A stretch of DNA of 30,478 nt from positions 1-30,478 of the forward strand of contig JBOHMK010000164.1 of the NCBI GenBank assembly GCA_050730115.1, written 5' to 3'. The position numbers and the translations under genes are program-made. The number at the start of each line of letters is the position of its first letter. Within the stretch, counting starts at the first letter, position 1. The stretch comes from Acetobacteraceae bacterium. GTDB lineage: Bacteria > Pseudomonadota > Alphaproteobacteria > Acetobacterales > Acetobacteraceae. A model generated the notes under the pieces. It saw nothing but the letters and a program-made list of their open reading frames with translations, was not told where the DNA came from and did no database searches. Below, one piece after another: positions 24,506-30,478 of the stretch.

Positions 24506-27500
24506 TTCCGAAAGCTTGCCGCCGCCTTGCCGAGGTGGATTTTCCGATCGCCGTCGTCTCGCGTCATGCGGCGCGCGAAAAATCGATCCGGCACGGCCAT
24601 CCGAGCACGCTGCATCTCTGGTGGGCGCGCCGCCCGCTCGCCTCCTGCCGCGCGATGCTGCTGGCCCTCCTCTGGCCCGATCCCTGCGATCCGCTCTGTC
24701 CCGAGGAGTTCAAGAGCGCGGCGCGCACGCGGCTGCCCGAGGCCGGCTGCAACCCCGGCACGACGGATCAGGACCTCCGACGTGCCCTGCTCAGGTTCAT
24801 CGGCCAATTCGCCGATTGGGATCTGGCCGCGAACCCGACCTGCCTCGGCATCGGCCGCGCGCTGGTTGCCGCGGCGCACGGGCCGGAGCCACCGCTGGTC
24901 GTCGATCCGTTCGCCGGCGGCGGCTCGATCCCGCTCGAAGCGCTGCGCGTCGGCTGCGAGGCTTTCGCGAGCGATCTCAATCCCGTCGCCTGCCTGATTC
25001 TCAAGGTGATGCTGGAGGACATTCCCCGCCGTGGACCGGCGCTGGCGGAAGAACTCCGCAAGGCTGGCAGAGAAATCAAGCGCGTGGCCGAACGTGATCT
25101 TCAGGGCCTCTATCCGGCCGACCCGGACGGAGCGACGCCGATCGCGTATCTCTGGGCGCGCACGGTGCATTGCGAAGCCCCTGATTGCGGCGCCGAGATC
25201 CCGCTCGTCCGATCATTCTGGCTCTGCCGCAAGAGGAATCGCATGCGGGCGCTGCGCTATCAGATCGTGCGCGAAGCCGCATCCGCCTCTCCCTCACCCC
25301 CGACCCCTCTTCCAGAGGGAGTTGGGGCAACCGTGAGCACGGGACCCTTTGGGAGAGGGCAGGGTGAGGGCCCTGGGAGACCACCGGCAGTAGGCGTGGA
25401 ATTCGAGATCTTTTCCCCCGCGACCGAGCATGAAGTTTCCGCCGGCACGGTCACGCGCGCCAAGGCACGCTGTCTTTGTTGTGGGGTGGTGCTCGCGCCC
25501 GACCGGGTGCGCGCGCAGCTTGCGGCTCAGCGCGGCGGCGCGGATGTGGTCTTCAATGCCGCCGGCGCGCGCATCGGCGGCGCCACGCTGCTCGCCGTGG
25601 TGACCTTGCGGCCGGGCGGGAGCGGCCGGCATTACCGGCTTCCCACGCCGCAGGATTACCAAGCCGTGCGCGACGCCGAGGCCCGTCTGGCGGCGCTGCT
25701 GCAAGCCTGGGAGCAGGGCGGCCGGCAGGGCCTTTGCCCGGTGCCGGACGAGCCGACGCCGACTGGTGGCGGCTCCGGCGCGGGGCGCGCCTTCAGCGTG
25801 CAGCGCTACGGAATGCTGCAATGGGGCGATCTGTTCACCGCGCGACAGAAGCTGGCGCTGGTCACGATCTGCGGCAAAGTCACCGCTATTCCGACGGTCG
25901 GCGTGATGCTTGGGCTGTCGTTCAGCCGATGGACCGACATCTTCAATGCCTTCTGTCGGTGGGAGAGCTCGAAGACGCAGGTTCGCAACCTGTTTACGCG
26001 TCAGGCGATCCCGATGATATGGGATTTCGCAGAGAACTGCTTTTCTGCCGAACAGGCGGGCGATTTCGAGGTGACAATGCGCACAATGGCCGAGGTTGCG
26101 GAGGCTTGGCCCGGATCGCGAGCCGGCGAAGTTCTCCGTGCCGATGCTGCCAGCCAGCCGCTCCCATCCGACTCCGCGACGGTGTGGTTCAGCGATCCCC
26201 CTTACTACGACGCAATTCCCTACGCCGACCTGTCTGATTTCTTCTACGTCTGGCTCAAGCGTGCGCTCCCCGGCCATCCGCTGCTGCGCGATCCCGACGA
26301 TGCGGCGAATCCGCTTACCCCCAAGCAGCACGAAGCCGTCCAGGACGAGACGAAGTGCCACGACGGGCGGCCGAAAGACCGCGCCTGGTTCGAGGAAAAA
26401 ATGGGGAAAGCCTTCGCCGAAGGCAGGCGCGTTGCGCGCGAGGACGGCATCGGTGCGGTGGTCTTCGCCCACAAGACCACGGAAGGTTGGGAGGCGCTGC
26501 TTTCGGGAATGATCCAGGGCGGCTGGGTCATCACCGGGTCCTGGCCGATCGCAACCGAAATGGGCTCGCGCCTCCGTGCCCGCGACTCGGCCGCACTCGC
26601 GACCAGCGTCCATCTCGTCTGCCGCCCGCGCCCCGATGAGGCCGGCACGGGTGACTGGGCGGACGTGCTGCGCGAGCTGCCGCGCCGCGTCGGCGAATGG
26701 ATGGATCGCCTGCAGGCCGAAGGCGTGCGCGGGGCGGACCTCGTCTTCGCCTGCATCGGCCCGGCGCTCGAAATCTTCAGCCGCCATGCGCGCGTGGAAA
26801 CCGCCGAAGGAGAGGAGATCACGCTGCCGAAATACCTGGAAAAAGTCTGGGAAGTGGTCGGACGAAGCGCGCTCGAGAAGGTGCTCGGCACCGCAGAGGC
26901 GGCCCCGCGCAACGGCGCCATCGGCGTGCTCGAAGAGGATGCGCGCCTGACGGCCCTTTTCCTTTGGACACTGCAGAGCACGGACGGGCAGGCGGCACCT
27001 CCCGAGAGCGCCGACGCCGAGGAGCCCGGTCCGGACGACGAAGATGAAGCGGGGCCACCTTCACGCGCCCGCGGACCGACACTGATCTTCGACGTCGTAC
27101 GCCGCTTCGCCCAGCCGCTCGGCATCGCCCTCGAGCAATGGCAAGGCCGCATCATCGAAACGGCGAAGGGTGTCGTCCGCCTCCTCCCGGTGGCCGAGCG
27201 CGCCCGCCAGCTCTTCGGCGTCGAGGGCGCCGAGGGGCTCGCACTCCGACTGGAACGCGAGGCCTCCGCGGCGGCAAATCCGCAAGGACTGCTGTTTCCC
27301 GAGATGGCGGCCGGGCCGCCTCGCGCAGCTCCGCTCAAGGCCCGCGCCTCCCATCGCGACCTTGCCGATCCGGCGGTCTCGCCTGCCCGCGAGGCAACGA
27401 CGCTCGATCGCGTCCACGCCGCGATGCTGCTGCAGGCCGCCGGGCGCGCCAACGCGCTCAGGACTCTGATCAGGGCCGAGCAGGAGCGAGGCTCCGACTT

Positions 27501-27594
27501 TCTCCGCCTCGCCAATGCGCTTTCCGCGCTCTATCCTGGCGGCGCGGAGGAAAAGCGCTTGCTGGACGCGATGCTGCTGGCGGCGCCGCGATGA
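24502..27594 (+). CDS. DUF1156 domain amino-(adenine) DNA methyltransferase
   Basis: IRHGHPSTLHLWWARRPL, motif I DPFAGGGSIP, Cys motifs CEAPDC and CLCC, motif IV DPPYY. ATGA overlaps at both ends. Confidence 0.93.
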   Translation: MIPKACRRLAEVDFPIAVVSRHAAREKSIRHGHPSTLHLWWARRPLASCRAMLLALLWPDPCDPLCPEEFKSAARTRLPEAGCNPGTTDQDLRRALLRFIGQFADWDLAANPTCLGIGRALVAAAHGPEPPLVVDPFAGGGSIPLEALRVGCEAFASDLNPVACLILKVMLEDIPRRGPALAEELRKAGREIKRVAERDLQGLYPADPDGATPIAYLWARTVHCEAPDCGAEIPLVRSFWLCRKRNRMRALRYQIVREAASASPSPPTPLPEGVGATVSTGPFGRGQGEGPGRPPAVGVEFEIFSPATEHEVSAGTVTRAKARCLCCGVVLAPDRVRAQLAAQRGGADVVFNAAGARIGGATLLAVVTLRPGGSGRHYRLPTPQDYQAVRDAEARLAALLQAWEQGGRQGLCPVPDEPTPTGGGSGAGRAFSVQRYGMLQWGDLFTARQKLALVTICGKVTAIPTVGVMLGLSFSRWTDIFNAFCRWESSKTQVRNLFTRQAIPMIWDFAENCFSAEQAGDFEVTMRTMAEVAEAWPGSRAGEVLRADAASQPLPSDSATVWFSDPPYYDAIPYADLSDFFYVWLKRALPGHPLLRDPDDAANPLTPKQHEAVQDETKCHDGRPKDRAWFEEKMGKAFAEGRRVAREDGIGAVVFAHKTTEGWEALLSGMIQGGWVITGSWPIATEMGSRLRARDSAALATSVHLVCRPRPDEAGTGDWADVLRELPRRVGEWMDRLQAEGVRGADLVFACIGPALEIFSRHARVETAEGEEITLPKYLEKVWEVVGRSALEKVLGTAEAAPRNGAIGVLEEDARLTALFLWTLQSTDGQAAPPESADAEEPGPDDEDEAGPPSRARGPTLIFDVVRRFAQPLGIALEQWQGRIIETAKGVVRLLPVAERARQLFGVEGAEGLALRLEREASAAANPQGLLFPEMAAGPPRAAPLKARASHRDLADPAVSPAREATTLDRVHAAMLLQAAGRANALRTLIRAEQERGSDFLRLANALSALYPGGAEEKRLLDAMLLAAPR
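25291..25370. repeat. REP-like inverted repeat pair lying in frame within the methylase gene
   Basis: Left unit CCCTCACCCCCGACCCCTCTTCCAGAGGG (25291-25319). Right unit 25345-25370 has reverse complement CCCTCACCCTGCCCTCTCCCAAAGGG. It reads as PSPPTPLPEG...GRGQGEG. Confidence 0.85.
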
Positions 27595-30353
27595 GCGGGC
27601 CGATGGAGCCCTGGTACAAGGTTGCCATCGCGCGCCAGGAAGTACGCGAAGGCCGCTCCTTCAACCCCGACGAGTTCGCGATCGCCCTCGAGCAGGTGGT
27701 GGCCGGCACCGCGCCCGAAGACTATCGCAATCCGGAGCAATTCTTCGCCCGCACCTCGTTCACCCGCGCGCTCCGCGAGCACGCCGGCATGGTCCTCGGC
27801 CGGCTCGCCGGCCGCACCGCCAACACGGCGCCGGTGCTGACGCTGATCACCCAGTTCGGCGGCGGCAAGACGCATACCCTCACCATGCTCTACCACCTTG
27901 CGAACCACGCCGAGGCGGCCTTGCGCCTGCCCGGTGTCCCTGAGCTGCTGCGTGACGCCGGCCTTGCCTTCGTGCCGCGCGCCAAGGTGGCGGTGTTCGT
28001 CGGCAATGCATGGGATCCGGGCGACGGCCGCGAGACGCCCTGGATCGATGTTGCCCGGCAGCTCGCAGGCGATGCCGGTGTCGCCGCGCTTGGCCCCGCC
28101 GCCCGCACCTCGCCGCCCGGCACCGAGGCGATCGGCGCCGTCTTCCGCGCCGCCAACGCGCCCGTTCTTCTGCTGTTCGACGAGGTGCTGAATTTCCTCA
28201 ACCGCCATCGCCAGGCGGCGGATTCGTTTCACGCCTTCATCCAGAACCTCACCGTTGCGATGACCGCAACGACACAAAGCGCCGCGGTCATCAGCCTGCC
28301 CCGCAGCCAGGTCGAGATGACCGAGCACGATCAGCAATGGCAGGACCGGATCTCCAAGGTCGTGCGCCGCGTCGCCAAGGACCTGATCGCCAATGACGAG
28401 GCCGAGATTGCCGAGGTGGTGCGACGGCGCCTGTTCGAAAACCTGGGGAGGGAAAAAACGCAACGCCTGATCGCCAAAAACTTCGCCGAGTGGTGCTTCG
28501 CGCGGCGGGCGCAGCTTCCGCCCGAGTGGACGGAGGTGGACTCGGCGGCAACCGAAGCCAAGGGAAGAGAAAATCTCGAGCGCCGCTTTGCCGCCTGCTA
28601 CCCGTTCCATCCGGCGACTCTCTCGGTGTTTCAGCGCAAGTGGCAGGCGCTGCCGCAATACCAGCAGACGCGCGGCACGCTTGCCATGCTGGCGCAATGG
28701 ATCTCGCTTGCGGCCCAGGAATCGTTTCAGAAGGCGCGGCAGGAACCCCTGATCACGCTCGGCTCGGCACCGCTTGCCGAGCCCGGCTTCCGCAGCGTGG
28801 TGCTCGGGCAGCTCGGTGAGCCGCGATTGATCGCCGCGATCGAGACCGACATCGCCGGCGAGCGCGCACACGCCAAGGCCCTCGATGCCGACAAGCAAGG
28901 AGCGCTCCGTGACATGCACGGTCGGGTCGGTGCGGCCATCCTGTTCGAATCCTCGGGCGGCCAGGCCGACAAGGCGGCGCATCTGCCGGAGCTGCGTTTC
29001 GCGCTCGGCGAGCCAGGCCTCGACACCACGACGATCGACAGTGCCGCCGCTGCTCTGGAGGACCGCTCCTATTTCATCCGCCGGGTCGGCACCGACGGAT
29101 TCCGGATCGGCTATCAGCCGACCATGCGCAAGGTGGTGAGCGATCGCCGTGCCTCGCTCGACGAAGAGAACGAAGTGAGGCCGGCGCTGCTGCGCCACGT
29201 CGAGTTGGAGTTTCGCCGGGGCGCCGCACTTCCCGTCGCGTTCTTCTCCGGCGAGCCGGCGGAGCTTGGCGATACGCCGCGACTGACGCTCGTGGTCGCC
29301 GATCCGGCGCTGGAATGGCAGCCGGGCGAGGCACTTCGCACTGACATCGCCGAGTGGACCCGGGACCGCGGCGCAGCACCGCGGCGCTATCCGGCGGCGC
29401 TCGTCTGGTGCTGCAAAAAGCCCGGCCGCGATTTGCGCGAGCGAGTGGCACTCGCGCTCGCCTGGAAGAAGGTCGAGAACGAGGTCAACGCCGGAGCTCT
29501 CGGCAACGAGTTCGATCGCACCGAGCGTGCCGAGCTGCACGCGAAGGCGAAGGAAGCGGAAGAGGCGGCCAAGGACGCCGTCTGGTCGGATTACCGATTC
29601 CTGCTTCTTGCCGATCGCAACGAACCGGCAGGGCTCAAGCTGATCGATCTCGGCGCCGGCCACGCCTCCAGCGGCGGCTCGCTCACGGCCCGGGTGATCG
29701 CGGCGCTGAAATCCGAGGCGCTGCTCAACGAAAACATCAGCGCCGGCTACATCGAACGGCACTGGCCGCCGGCATTGGCGCAAAGCGGCGCCTGGGCGCT
29801 CGCCAGCCTGAGGCAGAGCTTCCTCGACGGATCGCTCACCCGCCTGATCGATCCCGATGCGATCCTGAAACCGAAGATTGCCGAATTCGTGATGCGCGGC
29901 GATTTCGGCGTGGCCTGGCGCGACAGGAATGGCGGCTTTGCGGAGGTCCGGTTCCAGGACCTGCTGGCCCCCGACGAGGTCGAGTTCAGCGCCGACATGT
30001 TCCTTTTGCGCAAGGAAAAGGCCCGCGCCTTCAAAGCCGGCGGCGATTCCGTGCCGGCGCCGGAAGCGGTGGCCGCCAGCCCGCCGCCGGAATTCCCGTC
30101 ACCCCGCGTTGCGGCCGGGGTTGCCGTACCCGAAGCCGCATCGCGCCGGCTCTCTCTCGAGACCACCGTGCCGCACGAGCTTTGGAACCGGCTCGGCACC
30201 CGGATCCTGCCCAGACTTCGCTCCGGCTCGGAACTCAGGATCGGCGTTTCCCTCGAGCTCACCGTGCCGGCCGGAGAGGCCGAGACGCTGGCCCAGGATC
30301 TGCGGCAGGTCGTCGAGGAGCTTGGCCTCCAAGGTGCAGTCAAGCTCGAATAA
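27591..30353 (+). CDS. DUF499 family AAA+ ATPase
   Basis: PWYKVA...DEFAIALEQV, Walker A TQFGGGKTH, Walker B LLLFDE, VVRRRLF, YPFHP, YQQTRGTL. Confidence 0.92.
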   Translation: MSGPMEPWYKVAIARQEVREGRSFNPDEFAIALEQVVAGTAPEDYRNPEQFFARTSFTRALREHAGMVLGRLAGRTANTAPVLTLITQFGGGKTHTLTMLYHLANHAEAALRLPGVPELLRDAGLAFVPRAKVAVFVGNAWDPGDGRETPWIDVARQLAGDAGVAALGPAARTSPPGTEAIGAVFRAANAPVLLLFDEVLNFLNRHRQAADSFHAFIQNLTVAMTATTQSAAVISLPRSQVEMTEHDQQWQDRISKVVRRVAKDLIANDEAEIAEVVRRRLFENLGREKTQRLIAKNFAEWCFARRAQLPPEWTEVDSAATEAKGRENLERRFAACYPFHPATLSVFQRKWQALPQYQQTRGTLAMLAQWISLAAQESFQKARQEPLITLGSAPLAEPGFRSVVLGQLGEPRLIAAIETDIAGERAHAKALDADKQGALRDMHGRVGAAILFESSGGQADKAAHLPELRFALGEPGLDTTTIDSAAAALEDRSYFIRRVGTDGFRIGYQPTMRKVVSDRRASLDEENEVRPALLRHVELEFRRGAALPVAFFSGEPAELGDTPRLTLVVADPALEWQPGEALRTDIAEWTRDRGAAPRRYPAALVWCCKKPGRDLRERVALALAWKKVENEVNAGALGNEFDRTERAELHAKAKEAEEAAKDAVWSDYRFLLLADRNEPAGLKLIDLGAGHASSGGSLTARVIAALKSEALLNENISAGYIERHWPPALAQSGAWALASLRQSFLDGSLTRLIDPDAILKPKIAEFVMRGDFGVAWRDRNGGFAEVRFQDLLAPDEVEFSADMFLLRKEKARAFKAGGDSVPAPEAVAASPPPEFPSPRVAAGVAVPEAASRRLSLETTVPHELWNRLGTRILPRLRSGSELRIGVSLELTVPAGEAETLAQDLRQVVEELGLQGAVKLE

Positions 30354-30384
30354 CGGCCCCGCGATGGTGGCCGTGCACGCCGGG

Positions 30385-30414
30385 CTTGCAATCCGGCGCC
30401 GCCATCCCGAAGAT
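30385..30414 (+). promoter_or_regulatory. Possible RpoH-like promoter upstream of the helicase gene
   Basis: CTTGCA...CCCGAAGAT ends 6 bp before ATG 30421; weak resemblance to alphaproteobacterial CTTG-N-CCCATAT-type promoters. Confidence 0.25.
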
Positions 30415-30420
30415 CCGCGC

Positions 30421-30478
30421 ATGTTGAGCGCTTCCTCCCGCGTCAGGGCGGTGCTCGGGCCGACCAATACCGGCAAGA
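30421..30478 (+). CDS. MgpS/Suv3-like ATP-dependent helicase, 5' end only
   Basis: Manual translation MLSASSRVRAVLGPTNTGK; GPTNTGK(T) is the Walker A of Suv3/MgpS-type helicases. Only 19 codons are visible. Confidence 0.8.
   Translation, partial: MLSASSRVRAVLGPTNTGK

Noticed and set aside
21032..29783. Long minus-strand ORFs (854, 497, 423 and 750 aa)
   Set aside because: Antisense shadows of the helicase, methylase and ATPase genes.

Overview
High-GC bacterial chromosomal window, probably alphaproteobacterial (inferred from gene content such as the GPTNTGK MgpS/Suv3-like helicase; possibly Rhodospirillales/Acetobacteraceae). From left to right: (1) a minus-strand catabolic region at 1-10106, transcribed as dihydropyrimidinase-like enzyme, small hypothetical, COG0523 GTPase, an amidohydrolase-fold protein lacking the usual metal ligands, Rieske oxygenase, D-2-hydroxyacid dehydrogenase, GntR, PDR/VanB reductase, family-3 ABC binding protein, a remnant of a paralogous binding protein, permease, and a CoA-binding acyl-CoA synthetase cut by the window edge; (2) a DAO-family oxidoreductase and a MarR-GNAT fusion; (3) a ComD/ComE-like ThDP decarboxylase pair separated by a CTAG-bounded palindromic element, a glycine-zipper lipoprotein gene and a 16-bp tandem repeat; (4) a metallophosphoesterase-cupredoxin-ECF sigma-anti-sigma module; (5) a single-chain MurT-GatD fusion behind a lactonase-type amidohydrolase; (6) an otnC-like aldolase whose stop overlaps the start of a three-gene SNF2 helicase(DUF3883)-DUF1156 methylase-DUF499 ATPase operon, a candidate restriction-like anti-phage system; (7) the start of an MgpS/Suv3-like helicase. 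The strongest candidates for novel biology are the MurT-GatD fusion in an apparent Gram-negative host, the three-gene DUF499/DUF1156 system, and the ligand-less amidohydrolase/Rieske pathway. I recognised no tRNA, rRNA, CRISPR array, integrase or transposase. All family assignments come from motif recognition by eye, not from database searches.
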